In this document: positions 1 to 9,420 of the stretch, in pieces | Numbering within the stretch: position 1 is the first letter of the stretch | Layout of the letters: each line of letters starts with the position of its first letter | Source: an uncultured virus (IMG/VR IMGVR_UViG_3300028844_005666) | Taxonomy: Duplodnaviria > Heunggongvirae > Uroviricota > Caudoviricetes | Strand: one strand, 5' to 3' | DNA length: 64,000 bases | Virus record (IMG/VR): IMGVR_UViG_3300028844_005666 | Program-made: the position numbers and the translations under genes | Notes under the pieces: model-generated | The model's input: only the letters and a program-made list of their open reading frames with translations | The model's database searches: none | Told to the model about the DNA's origin: nothing

Positions 1-285
1 CTCTGAGTCTCTATCTGCTCTTAAGTTATTAACAGCTGCTGATAAGTTACTTAACTTAACTGTATCAGAATCTAATCTAGCAATAAGTCCTGGATTAGTA
101 CCTGTGTCAATAATAACAGCCCATTTAGTAGCATCTGATCCAGGGGTTACACCTGAGAAGCCACCTGATACTGCTGAGTATGCAATACCTTCGTGATGTA
201 CTGTATCTAATTTTTGGTATGTTGTACCGGCGTTATAAGCGCCTTTAAAAACGAGTCTTACTCGTCCTAATATCTGAGTTGCCAT
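1..285 (-). CDS. Fibre-like virion protein, N-terminal part (runs off window)
   Basis: Not in ORF track; hand translation MATQILGRVRLVFKGAYNAGTTYQKLDTVHHEG...ARLDSDTVKLSNLSAAVNNLRADRDSE; purine-rich leader and TATAAATA upstream. Confidence 0.8.
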   Translation of the reverse strand, partial: MATQILGRVRLVFKGAYNAGTTYQKLDTVHHEGIAYSAVSGGFSGVTPGSDATKWAVIIDTGTNPGLIARLDSDTVKLSNLSAAVNNLRADRDSE

Positions 286-361
286 TTTCCTTTACCCCTT
301 TTGTTCTGGTTGGAAGCCCTGCCACTTTCGTGGTTCTAGCTCAGTAGCATTAATGCTGTTT

Positions 362-369
362 TATTTATA
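362..369 (-). promoter_or_regulatory. T4-type late promoter TATAAATA
   Basis: Exact TATAAATA on minus strand in the intergenic gap upstream of the 285 gene. Confidence 0.7.
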
Positions 370-379
370 ATTATGCACT

Positions 380-637
380 CTAGTCGTCATCAGCTAAATG
401 TGCAGCATAAGCAGTTTTAATTTCATCTGTCCAAACACCGTTTGCTATATTTTGCACTTCTGTGCTTTCATTAGATAAGCCATCTGCACTTATGTTTGGT
501 GAAACTATGTGTCTTGAAAAAACTCGACTTATTTCTGTACCATCTCTTTTAATGACTGTTGCAGTTCTAACTTGTATAAATTTATACGGCCCTACCACTT
601 CAATTTTATCTTGTATTGTTTCTTCTGTTAATGCCAC
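380..637 (-). CDS. Small tail-fibre-associated protein (possible chaperone)
   Basis: 85 aa, DKIEVV...QVRTATVIKRDG.EISR pattern; lies directly after a fibre gene. Confidence 0.6.
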   Translation of the reverse strand: MALTEETIQDKIEVVGPYKFIQVRTATVIKRDGTEISRVFSRHIVSPNISADGLSNESTEVQNIANGVWTDEIKTAYAAHLADDD

Positions 638-655
638 TTTCTACTCCTATAATTA

Positions 656-2194
656 TTAGAACGTCATGTATGTTATACCTATGGTAAACCTATCATTGGT
701 TGCCATATGAGAGTTGTTAAGAGTTCCTGCCGATGTATTATTCTCAGATGACCTAAATGATCCAACAGATGCATCAGTTGAAACATAAAAATTAACAAAA
801 TTACCAGAATTATGATCCGGACCTTGTGCACCAACTCCATCAAAAGCAACTGAACCAACAGACCTATCACTTAAATCTGCGCCATTACCTGTTGCAAATG
901 GTAAACTTATATCTATAACTCCGTTTGGACTACTTTCACCAGTTATATGTAATTGACCTTGCAAGTGAACCATTCTACCAATTTTTACATATGACAATTT
1001 TGTAGCACTATCTCCAAGAGTATAGCTACCACTTGTCCTACCTGTGACTGTAGGGGTATATATACCTTCTTCATAATCATCAAGCAGTTCACCGGTCATA
1101 CCAGTAGCATCACTTGTGGCACTAAAATCTATACCATGACCATTTGCTACTATAACGTTGCCATCAGTTAGAGTTAATCCATTGCCTACAGTTACTGTAC
1201 CATCAACTTCTAATCCTGTACCATTAATTAATTGAAGTGTGTCGCTATTAAATCTTGCACTAATATTATTTGAGCCAGCTTTCTTATGAGTTATTTCAAT
1301 AATACCATCTTCAGTTCCGTCACTAGCGTCTTGTATTTTTCCTGTAATTTTTGCATATACTATTTCTTGGTTAGCATCATTTTCACCTTTGAACTTTATT
1401 TGACCTAAGTAATCTGCGTCGGCTACACTAGAACTATTACGTTTAAGTGTAATCACTGGACCTGCATTATTAGAATCTTCAGTTGTAGTAACTAATATAC
1501 TATCATCTGTAGTTGTGTTATTAACAGTTAAAGTTTGGAATGTGTGATCTGAATCTATACCACCTAAACCAGCTATGTTAGCTGTATTAGTATTTGTAGC
1601 TGCTTTTAATGATTGTATTATTATACTATCACTGTCTAGATCTGCTCTCGTCTTAGTTGCTAATGATTGAATAGCTGCGCTGTCTGAATCTAGCCTGTTT
1701 GTAATTTCACTTATTTTTGATATCTTTATCGAATCTGAATCTCTATCAGCTCTAAGAGATAATATAGCACCACCAACTGAGTCTAATGTATCGTTACCAG
1801 TTAAGAATAATATCTGTCCATCAGAGTCAATAGTCAAAGTACCTGAATTTGCTACATCATCATTTGTGTTTAATAATATTTGACCATCACTGTCGACTAC
1901 TAAAGTACCTATTTGTCTATCAGCATCATCAGAATCTAATCTGTTTATTAAACCGTCTACTTTGTTTTGTAAATTTGCGACTTTAGTTAAGTCACTATCT
2001 TCTATTTCGGCAACAGATGCGAAGGCAAGTGAACCAGAGACAACCTTTAAAATTTGATTGTCAGAACCAATAGTTGAGGGAATACTAACGTTACCTACAG
2101 TAAGTCCTTTAACGGTTGTACCGCCTGAAGTAACGAAAAGGTCAGAGTCTCCTACACGAAGACCGTTTTTTATCATAAAATTTTTTTGTGCCAT
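656..2194 (-). CDS. Tail fibre-like protein: DSD-rich coiled-coil N-half, beta-rich C-half
   Basis: 9 DSD in the first ~220 aa; LDDYEEG.YTP and Y.KIGRMVH motifs typical of phage fibre C-termini. Confidence 0.7.
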   Translation of the reverse strand: MAQKNFMIKNGLRVGDSDLFVTSGGTTVKGLTVGNVSIPSTIGSDNQILKVVSGSLAFASVAEIEDSDLTKVANLQNKVDGLINRLDSDDADRQIGTLVVDSDGQILLNTNDDVANSGTLTIDSDGQILFLTGNDTLDSVGGAILSLRADRDSDSIKISKISEITNRLDSDSAAIQSLATKTRADLDSDSIIIQSLKAATNTNTANIAGLGGIDSDHTFQTLTVNNTTTDDSILVTTTEDSNNAGPVITLKRNSSSVADADYLGQIKFKGENDANQEIVYAKITGKIQDASDGTEDGIIEITHKKAGSNNISARFNSDTLQLINGTGLEVDGTVTVGNGLTLTDGNVIVANGHGIDFSATSDATGMTGELLDDYEEGIYTPTVTGRTSGSYTLGDSATKLSYVKIGRMVHLQGQLHITGESSPNGVIDISLPFATGNGADLSDRSVGSVAFDGVGAQGPDHNSGNFVNFYVSTDASVGSFRSSENNTSAGTLNNSHMATNDRFTIGITYMTF

Positions 2195-2225
2195 CTCGGT
2201 TCACTATCCCCAGAGTCATATTATA

Positions 2226-2247
2226 GAGGAGAGATTTCTCTCTCCTC
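2226..2247 (-). other. 9-bp hairpin with GAAA tetraloop (terminator or leader structure)
   Basis: GAGGAGAGA-GAAA-TCTCTCCTC on minus strand; no clear U-tract. Confidence 0.5.
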
Positions 2248-2258
2248 GTATATTATTA

Positions 2259-2266
2259 TATTTATA
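2259..2266 (-). promoter_or_regulatory. T4-type late promoter TATAAATA
   Basis: Exact match overlapping the stop codon of the upstream gene. Confidence 0.6.
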
Positions 2267-3854
2267 ACGTTATTTGCTCTATGATTTTATAAGTAGTAGA
2301 TTGAGCAGACGCAGAAGTGATTCTTAGTCTTACATTTCCACCATTTATATCAGCACTTATAGCAGTAACCGGAATTGATCCAGTGTATACTATACCGTAC
2401 TCAACAAAAGCGACGTTAGTACCATCATGAGTAAGAAGTACTTCTGATACTTGATTCTCACCTGATACTGTGTTAGCAGCAGTTACTAGTACTTTCATTC
2501 CTTTAAAGGAGTTTGAAGCACGTGTAGTAACTGTTGTTGCATCAGTACTAGTAGTAGTTATTGTAGCTGGAGCCACAACCGCTATACCACCAGTATTAGC
2601 TGCATTAACACCTAACGTAATATCATTATTAAATTTAGATTTCAGAGAATCTTCTGAATCTTGATCGCCTCTTAACGCATCAACTACTCTCTGTAATGCA
2701 GATATCTTTACAGTATCTGAGTCGAGTCTAGCTAAGGCATCATTTACTCTTGTATTAACAAGTTGTACTTGCGTCTGGTCAGAGTCTAATCTGGCCTTTT
2801 GTAAGTTACTTGATAACACCAAAGAAGAGATAACAGCTTGATCAGAATCTAATCTTGAGATAAATTCTTTTCTAAGAGCTGCGATTCTAGGATCTTCAGA
2901 GTCTAATCTTGCAATAATATCACTTTGCTTACCTTGCAATAATTGTAACTTAGTCGAATCAGAATCACGATCTGTTCTTAATGTAGTAATAGCGTTACCA
3001 ACAGAGTCAATTGTATCTGATCCTGTTAATACCATCAATTCACCTTCTGAGTCAACAGCAAAGACACCGTTCTCAGTAAAGTGTAATCTACTATTAATAA
3101 AGTCAGAGTCAATCATATTTGAGATTGAGTCAGAATCTATTATCTTCGCTCTTGTATTCAAATCATCTAAAGCAATTTGAATAGCTTGTATTTTAGTACT
3201 ATCAGAGTCTAAGTCTGCTCTTAATGCTGCTGTGTCAGCTGACGTACCAGCACCTAAAGCTTGAATCCTTGCGCTATCTGAATCAAGTCTTTGTCTTGTT
3301 TGCGAAGCAAACGTTTGAAAGGCTGAATGATCAGAATCTAATCTAGGATAAACTTGTGATCTAATAGTCTGTTGAACAATAGAATCAGAATCTAATCTGC
3401 CGATAAGAGCAGCAACTTTTTGGTCTAATTGAAATGTTAACAGGTCTGAGTCAGCAAGGTTTAATAAACCAGCTGCTATTTTAGCTTGAAATAAGTCATG
3501 ATCAGAATCCATTCTTGTATGGATAACATCTACTTGACCTCGAATAGTCTGAACTCTAGTTGAGTCAGAGTCTACTCTCGCAGCTAATTGGTCTTGCTTA
3601 GTCTTTAAAGCTTGTATAACGGTACTATCAGATTCATTATCTGCTATAATCTGGTTAACGTTACTTGCTGTAAGATATCCTGCGTTATTAGTTAAAAGCG
3701 AATTATTATCACCAGCTTTGATAACAGCGTTATCGCCAATGGTAATTGTACTTCCGGTTTTTAACTTTAAACTAGTATCTCCTACAAGACTAAAATGCAG
3801 GTCGGAATCACCGACCAATAATCCTTGACGGATTCTAAAGTCTCTATTTGCCAT
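2262..3854 (-). CDS. Coiled-coil fibre/whisker-like protein with RLDSD repeats
   Basis: 14 DSD and 3 DSE, many spaced 18-25 aa apart; C-terminal beta domain (SEVLLTHDGT...EYG). Confidence 0.7.
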   Translation of the reverse strand: MANRDFRIRQGLLVGDSDLHFSLVGDTSLKLKTGSTITIGDNAVIKAGDNNSLLTNNAGYLTASNVNQIIADNESDSTVIQALKTKQDQLAARVDSDSTRVQTIRGQVDVIHTRMDSDHDLFQAKIAAGLLNLADSDLLTFQLDQKVAALIGRLDSDSIVQQTIRSQVYPRLDSDHSAFQTFASQTRQRLDSDSARIQALGAGTSADTAALRADLDSDSTKIQAIQIALDDLNTRAKIIDSDSISNMIDSDFINSRLHFTENGVFAVDSEGELMVLTGSDTIDSVGNAITTLRTDRDSDSTKLQLLQGKQSDIIARLDSEDPRIAALRKEFISRLDSDQAVISSLVLSSNLQKARLDSDQTQVQLVNTRVNDALARLDSDTVKISALQRVVDALRGDQDSEDSLKSKFNNDITLGVNAANTGGIAVVAPATITTTSTDATTVTTRASNSFKGMKVLVTAANTVSGENQVSEVLLTHDGTNVAFVEYGIVYTGSIPVTAISADINGGNVRLRITSASAQSTTYKIIEQITL

Positions 3855-3889
3855 TTTCCTCTCCCTCTTGAAGTTCTAGGCGGACAAAA

Positions 3890-4312
3890 TTAATTACGTA
3901 TTAGTGTAAGATTAATCTTGAACTCGGTTTGGTTAGCACTAGTGGTTTGTGATCTAAGTTCACATAAACTTCCATTTATTACAGAACTAAAATCTACAAA
4001 GCGACTACTACTTGAAAATAATGTAGCATACTCTGTAATATCAACTGAATCACTATCGCAAAATAACAAGACTTCAGTCACCATCTTGTCATCAGTGATT
4101 TTATCCGTGGCTTGTATCACGAACTTAGCGGAACCATAGCTTAACTTACTAAACTCTGCTATCTTTCTAACGGATGAAGTAGCCGTTGCCGTAGCTCCGG
4201 AAGCGTAAGTAAAGACAGCGATGTCACTGTCTTGGAAATCTATTTTATCTACAAGCATGTTTTCAATAGTTAAAACACGGTTATTTAGATTGTACTTTAG
4301 CTGGCGCGCCAT
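3890..4312 (-). CDS. Small virion protein related to the C-terminal domain of 2262..3854
   Basis: TEVLLFCDSDSVDITEYA aligns with SEVLLTHDGTNVAFVEYG. Confidence 0.6.
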   Translation of the reverse strand: MARQLKYNLNNRVLTIENMLVDKIDFQDSDIAVFTYASGATATATSSVRKIAEFSKLSYGSAKFVIQATDKITDDKMVTEVLLFCDSDSVDITEYATLFSSSSRFVDFSSVINGSLCELRSQTTSANQTEFKINLTLIRN

Positions 4313-4360
4313 TTTATAATTCTACCTCTGATCAGATGATTTATTTATTAAATCTAACAA

Positions 4361-6196
4361 TTAAAAATTTCCTCTGTAGACATCGTTATACCATTCAGGT
4401 ACAACAGCTTCATCTACAGAAGTCCAAACGTCTCCTTGACTATCAATTGTTGTCTCTAACATATTATCATAAGGTAAAAATCCGATTGGCATAACTTCAT
4501 CTTCAATTTCGTCTAATTTTTGTTTGTACATATGCTGCTTAGCATTAGTATCGGTTAATTCTTTCCAGTATTCTGTACCTGCAGCCCATGCAAATAAAAC
4601 TAAACACATAACTAGATCGTCATTACAGCCTGGTTCAGCTTCAAATGAGCCTGCTGTTGATTCACTTTTTCTAACAAACGTTGTTAATTCAACGTATACA
4701 TCATAATCTTCTACTATTAATTTGTCTGCTTCAATTAAAGACTTTAAATTAGAACAACCATTTGTCTTAACTGAATGCGATGTTGTAACTCCTAACTTAG
4801 CTCCTGGACCTGATCCTAACTGAAAACCAGCTCTGCCTTTAGAAACAGTAGATAATATATTTTCGTATTCAAATTCTTGTTGTACACCTACAGCTACTTG
4901 TTGACCCACATCGTTAACTTCAATAAGTACCCATGCTTGATTATAATATCTCCCTAAGTTAACTATAAAGTTTGGAAAAATCATAGGTGATACTTCATTT
5001 GATCTAAACTTAGCAACTACTTTATAAGGTACAGCTGTTATATCTACTATTACAAATGCACTATAATCTAATCTAATTCCTCTAGCAGAATCAACACACA
5101 TAATATAATTATGACCTGGTTTAGGATCTTCATAATAGTCTATAGACTCTTGATTACGTATAGGTGCTATGTAAGCCATTTGACCTAATTTACCAGGCGC
5201 TATGAGAGTATTGCTTGAACCTATAAACTGACATTCAAACTCTTGTCTAAATTGATCTTCAGATGTATTAGATATTTGTTCGTATTTCCAGTCTTCATCT
5301 CTACCTGGAACGTCCCACCAGTTTATTTCTATAGGAACAAATTTAGATCTATTCTCAGTAGACTCCATCCACATCTTATAAAAATGATTCATACCTTTAG
5401 GAGTAGATACTACTATCATTTTAGTATCAGTACCTGATGAAATAGTAGGGTAAACAGATCTAAAAAAATCTTCAGCATCGTTAGGAGGCACGAACGCAAA
5501 TTCATCTAAGAATAATAACGAGAATGACATACCTCGAGCAGCTGATCCAGAAGACGCTGTAGCAATGACTTTACTACCATTTTCTAATTCTATAGATCTT
5601 TTATTATAAGTTACACAACCTTGTTGTAACCAGAAAGGTAATGACTCATATGCTGTAGCTAGTCTACCTAACATCTCTTGAGCTAATTCACCTTTGTTAG
5701 CTAATATTCCAACTGTCTTACCTTGATTGAATAACAAGTACCATAAAATATAAGCAACAGATGTAGTTGATTTACCAGACTGTCTAGGTAATTTACATAT
5801 GTTAAATCTATTCTCGTTAAATGTTTCTACCATTTTTCTTTGAAAGTCGTATAATGTAAATGGTATTAATCCAAAATCAACAGACATAATTCTAATATAA
5901 GTCTCTGTAAAGTAAACAGGATCTTTAGCACATTTTTGAAACTCTAATAGTTGTTCTTTTGTATAATCTAAGTTAACATGAGCAGCTTTAATATTAGGAT
6001 TGCCCATATAGTGACTAACACCAGTAGGGTTCTTTTCAAATAACTTTGCGTTTGTATTTTGGGTAGGAGCTTTTTTATTGTATCTTTGTTCTGAAAGATA
6101 AGTAATTAATGCTGTTTTATTTTTAACATACACATCACCGAATTTTTTATATCTTTTATGTTCAGATGGATTATATAAATCTTTTTTAACTATCAC
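4361..6196 (-). CDS. gp17: Terminase large subunit
   Basis: PRQSGKS Walker A, LLFLDEFAF Walker B, STPKGMNHFY, FRQEFEC, NDDLVM nuclease motif. Confidence 0.97.
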   Translation of the reverse strand: MIVKKDLYNPSEHKRYKKFGDVYVKNKTALITYLSEQRYNKKAPTQNTNAKLFEKNPTGVSHYMGNPNIKAAHVNLDYTKEQLLEFQKCAKDPVYFTETYIRIMSVDFGLIPFTLYDFQRKMVETFNENRFNICKLPRQSGKSTTSVAYILWYLLFNQGKTVGILANKGELAQEMLGRLATAYESLPFWLQQGCVTYNKRSIELENGSKVIATASSGSAARGMSFSLLFLDEFAFVPPNDAEDFFRSVYPTISSGTDTKMIVVSTPKGMNHFYKMWMESTENRSKFVPIEINWWDVPGRDEDWKYEQISNTSEDQFRQEFECQFIGSSNTLIAPGKLGQMAYIAPIRNQESIDYYEDPKPGHNYIMCVDSARGIRLDYSAFVIVDITAVPYKVVAKFRSNEVSPMIFPNFIVNLGRYYNQAWVLIEVNDVGQQVAVGVQQEFEYENILSTVSKGRAGFQLGSGPGAKLGVTTSHSVKTNGCSNLKSLIEADKLIVEDYDVYVELTTFVRKSESTAGSFEAEPGCNDDLVMCLVLFAWAAGTEYWKELTDTNAKQHMYKQKLDEIEDEVMPIGFLPYDNMLETTIDSQGDVWTSVDEAVVPEWYNDVYRGNF

Positions 6197-6557
6197 GTTG
6201 TAAAAGCTCCAATAAATCTTTTGTATTCATTTTTACATTTAAATTATTATTCGTGACCTGGTTTTTCTCTCCAGTAGGGTTGTTTAATTTTTCTGTCTTT
6301 AAATGATGGTCCATCATTTTTGCTGCTGTGTCACCCAATGCTTTAGCTGCTTCAGTTGCTACTTCAATAGCTCTTGGATGTTCAGATTCTCTAGCTAGAT
6401 TAACAGCTGCATCTAAAATATCTTGAATTTTTTCTGAGGATTGGTATAGAATTTCTCTAGCATATTCATAATCATCTGATCTATTTCTAGCAAGTTTAGC
6501 TAATTTTTTATTCTCTTCGCTAAGATCAGTTTGCACTGATTGTAATTCATCTTTCAT
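6186..6557 (-). CDS. gp16: Terminase small subunit
   Basis: DDYEYARE...ESEHPRAIEV...VTNNNL pattern; directly upstream of gp17. Confidence 0.9.
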   Translation of the reverse strand: MKDELQSVQTDLSEENKKLAKLARNRSDDYEYAREILYQSSEKIQDILDAAVNLARESEHPRAIEVATEAAKALGDTAAKMMDHHLKTEKLNNPTGEKNQVTNNNLNVKMNTKDLLELLQRDS

Positions 6558-6590
6558 AAGTAAACTCCTATCCTTATTATTTAATACGAC

Positions 6591-6598
6591 TATAAATA
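6591..6598 (+). promoter_or_regulatory. T4-type late promoter for the oxygenase operon
   Basis: TATAAATA followed 4 nt later by the ATG at 6603. Confidence 0.7.
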
Positions 6599-6602
6599 GT
6601 AC

Positions 6603-7325
6603 ATGAGCAATACTACTAAGTTACTAATAAATCATATGTTTTGTCACTTAATGATTATACCAGGAGCCATTTATGGTCAATGGTGGATGTTTCTTGCTGC
6701 GTTAGCATGGTGGTACGTTGTCGCTATCGTATCTATATCTGGCGGTTATCATAGATTTTATTCTCATAGTTCATTTGAAGGTAATAAGTTCTTTGAAGTA
6801 TGTGTAAATATATTAGGTATCTTTTCAGGAGCAGGTCCTGCATTAACATGGGCTGCTACTCATAGACAGCATCATGCTTATTCAGATACAGATTTAGATC
6901 CTCATAGTCATATTAAAAAAGGCAAGTGGTCTGTTTATGTAAATACTTGGGGGTATGATTTTCAAATTAAAAGAAGATTTATAAAAAAGTATCTTAGAAA
7001 TCCTATACTAGTACATTTTTATAAAAACTATTTTATGTACAATCTTTTTATTATGGTAGCATTCTTTTTAGTAGATCCTTTATTGTTAGTTTTCGGATAT
7101 TGTATGCCAGTTGTTTTTGCATTTCATGGTTATGGGTTGCTTAATGTATTAGGGCATTCGAATGGTAAACCTACTAACAGTTGGTTTGCTAATCTTCTTA
7201 CTGCTGGTGAAGGCTGGCATGAAGAGCATCATAAGAAAGCTGCACATTATAGGATTGGACGAGAAAAAGGTCAATGGGACCCTACTGCGTGGTTTATAGA
7301 ATATGTTATGGGCAAAAAAGTATAA
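6603..7325 (+). CDS. Membrane fatty-acid desaturase (delta-9-like)
   Basis: His boxes HRFYSH, HRQHH, GEGWHEEHH; hydrophobic segments. Confidence 0.9.
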   Translation: MSNTTKLLINHMFCHLMIIPGAIYGQWWMFLAALAWWYVVAIVSISGGYHRFYSHSSFEGNKFFEVCVNILGIFSGAGPALTWAATHRQHHAYSDTDLDPHSHIKKGKWSVYVNTWGYDFQIKRRFIKKYLRNPILVHFYKNYFMYNLFIMVAFFLVDPLLLVFGYCMPVVFAFHGYGLLNVLGHSNGKPTNSWFANLLTAGEGWHEEHHKKAAHYRIGREKGQWDPTAWFIEYVMGKKV

Positions 7326-7911
7326 GTTACTTTCATTAAAAAATTACGAAGATCAATTTCTATATTACATTAATAGGTTTAGTAAAGAGCTAACTAGACA
7401 TGATGATATAAAATGGTTTGATACTAGTACTAATTGGTGTCTTCAAAAGACATATAAAAATTATCTAGATTGGTCTTTTGTAGTTACAGATGATGATGAA
7501 GAAGAGTTGATAGCATTTGCTGCAGTACAAGACTTTGGTAATGATGTTGCTAGAATATTGACTAGATTATATTACAATCCAAAATACAGAAGAAAAAATA
7601 TTAGATATGAATCTAATGAATTAACTCCTGGTAATGTAATTGCTAAACATCAAGTAGATAATTTCAATAATAAAAACCATTTATTTTTTTCTGTAGAATA
7701 TATTTACAGAAGACCTACTATAATAAAATTAGGAAAGAAGTTAAATAAATTTTATGGTCATGAATGGAACACACAACCAGGTTTATACAAAACTTATAAT
7801 AAAGATGAAAAAGGAGCTTGGCAATCTGTGATAGCTTACAGTTTTGTAAAAGAAAAATTTCCTTTAGATCATATGACTTTATTAGATTGGAAAGACAAAT
7901 ATGGCGGATAA
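7303..7911 (+). CDS. GNAT-like acyltransferase
   Basis: LIAFAAVQ...ARILTRLYYNPKYRRK resembles GNAT motif A. Confidence 0.5.
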   Translation: MLWAKKYKLLSLKNYEDQFLYYINRFSKELTRHDDIKWFDTSTNWCLQKTYKNYLDWSFVVTDDDEEELIAFAAVQDFGNDVARILTRLYYNPKYRRKNIRYESNELTPGNVIAKHQVDNFNNKNHLFFSVEYIYRRPTIIKLGKKLNKFYGHEWNTQPGLYKTYNKDEKGAWQSVIAYSFVKEKFPLDHMTLLDWKDKYGG

Positions 7912-8575
7912 AGAATACAAGCAATATGGTTTTAGTAATGCTAGAATAAGAGCAAAAGGTGATAGAGGACCTACTAGACACAAACTTACTTCGTTTAAAC
8001 ATATTACCAAAGCACCTGAAAATGTAATGGACGAGATTAAACGTATTATAACTGAGATTAAAGAAGATGATTTAGGTACAGATAAGTATCAGATATCTAA
8101 TAGCTATGATCTTAAAAATAGTTTTAATGCTACTGGTGGTTATAGACAAATACTATTACAGAGAAATACTATACAAGGTTCTGATATAAACGAAGAAACT
8201 AATTACAATGACTGGCGTAATGATACTGATGTAAGTGTAATTAAAAACTGGTTAGAAGAAACATTTGGTGAAGTTTTTAGAGCTAGAATATCTGTAATGC
8301 CTCCAGGGCATGAATTGTTCTGGCATATTGATACTGATACTTCTGTATTATGTAGGATGCAACTAGCAGTTGATACAGTAGGTTCAGAGTTTCAGTTTAG
8401 AAATAGAATAGAAGGTTATAGGGCTCTTACTATGGAAGACGGACATGCTTATTTTGTAAATACAGGATGGTCTCATAGAGTTGTTAATAATGATAAGTGG
8501 AGAGTAGTTCTTATATTTGGTATTGAGTATAAGAATATACCTGATAAGGAGGCGTTATGGATAGGAAACCATTAA
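7901..8575 (+). CDS. Aspartyl/asparaginyl beta-hydroxylase-like 2OG-Fe(II) oxygenase
   Basis: RARISVMPPG..LFWHID, NTGWSHRVVN..R: HxD...H triad. Confidence 0.8.
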   Translation: MADKEYKQYGFSNARIRAKGDRGPTRHKLTSFKHITKAPENVMDEIKRIITEIKEDDLGTDKYQISNSYDLKNSFNATGGYRQILLQRNTIQGSDINEETNYNDWRNDTDVSVIKNWLEETFGEVFRARISVMPPGHELFWHIDTDTSVLCRMQLAVDTVGSEFQFRNRIEGYRALTMEDGHAYFVNTGWSHRVVNNDKWRVVLIFGIEYKNIPDKEALWIGNH

Positions 8576-9420
8576 AGAACATTGGGTACGAATATGATAT
8601 AGATTTTAATTCTATGTCTGATGAAGATATAAAATATTTTGGAAGACAAATAGTAAAAGATAATGTCATACTAGTACGTAATCAAACTATTAATGAAGAA
8701 AGACTTTTATATATTTTAGAACAAATAGGTAATGTACTTAAACCTAATCAGTTTTTTATGCATCCAGATTATCCAGGATTGTTTAGAGTTACTAACGAAA
8801 GAAAAGAAGGCGAAAAGATTGGTATATTCGCTGACAAAGAACTAGATTGGCATAGTAATGGTAATGGAAGAAAGAGTGGCACTGAAGCATGTGTTATGCT
8901 ATACTGTCTAAAACCAGGTGAAAATTCTGTAACATCTTTCTGTGATACTAGACAAGCATATAATGATCTATCAAAAGAAGATAGACATTATTACGATAAT
9001 ATAGATTGTAATTTCAAGTTTGAGAATAATACCTTTTATAAATTAGAAGAAGATGATAAAGAACTAGCTATGTTTCAAGGAGGTGCTAGAGCGTTTAAGT
9101 ATGGTGTAACTAAACCATTAGTATATACTCACCCTTATACAAAAGAAAAAGGTTTGTATTTTACTTTTCATTATATTAGAGATATGTGGAAAAGAATAGA
9201 AGATGGTGATGAAGATCATGAACTTGTAAATATGGAAGAGCATATGGTCAAGTTAAAGAAACATGTATTTCAAGATAAATATATGTACCATCACGACGAT
9301 TGGAGACCAGGTGATCTAATATTCATGGATCAGTTTCATAGTATACATAAGCGAAATGCTGTCGAAGGTGATAGGTTTTTATATAGAGCTAGTTTTGGGT
9401 ACGAGAATTGTCAACTGTAG
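8557..9420 (+). CDS. TauD/TfdA-family dioxygenase
   Basis: WHSNG, TSFCDTRQAY, PLVYTHPYT, WRPGDLIFMD...HKR. Confidence 0.85.
   Translation: MDRKPLKNIGYEYDIDFNSMSDEDIKYFGRQIVKDNVILVRNQTINEERLLYILEQIGNVLKPNQFFMHPDYPGLFRVTNERKEGEKIGIFADKELDWHSNGNGRKSGTEACVMLYCLKPGENSVTSFCDTRQAYNDLSKEDRHYYDNIDCNFKFENNTFYKLEEDDKELAMFQGGARAFKYGVTKPLVYTHPYTKEKGLYFTFHYIRDMWKRIEDGDEDHELVNMEEHMVKLKKHVFQDKYMYHHDDWRPGDLIFMDQFHSIHKRNAVEGDRFLYRASFGYENCQL

Noticed and set aside
656..3854. Recurrent GATTCTGAT/GACTCTGAT-like DNA words as a CRISPR or tandem DNA repeat
   Set aside because: Always in frame as Asp-Ser-Asp with synonymous variation, so the repeat is at protein level; no repeat-spacer array
2262..3854. RLDSD as only a coiled-coil RxD structural motif
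   Set aside because: May contribute in the fibres, but it cannot explain DSD in non-coiled-coil gp7, gp8, gp14 and gp15
4361..6196. Intein or intron in the terminase
   Set aside because: Motifs are contiguous and the length is near normal; only a short N-terminal extension
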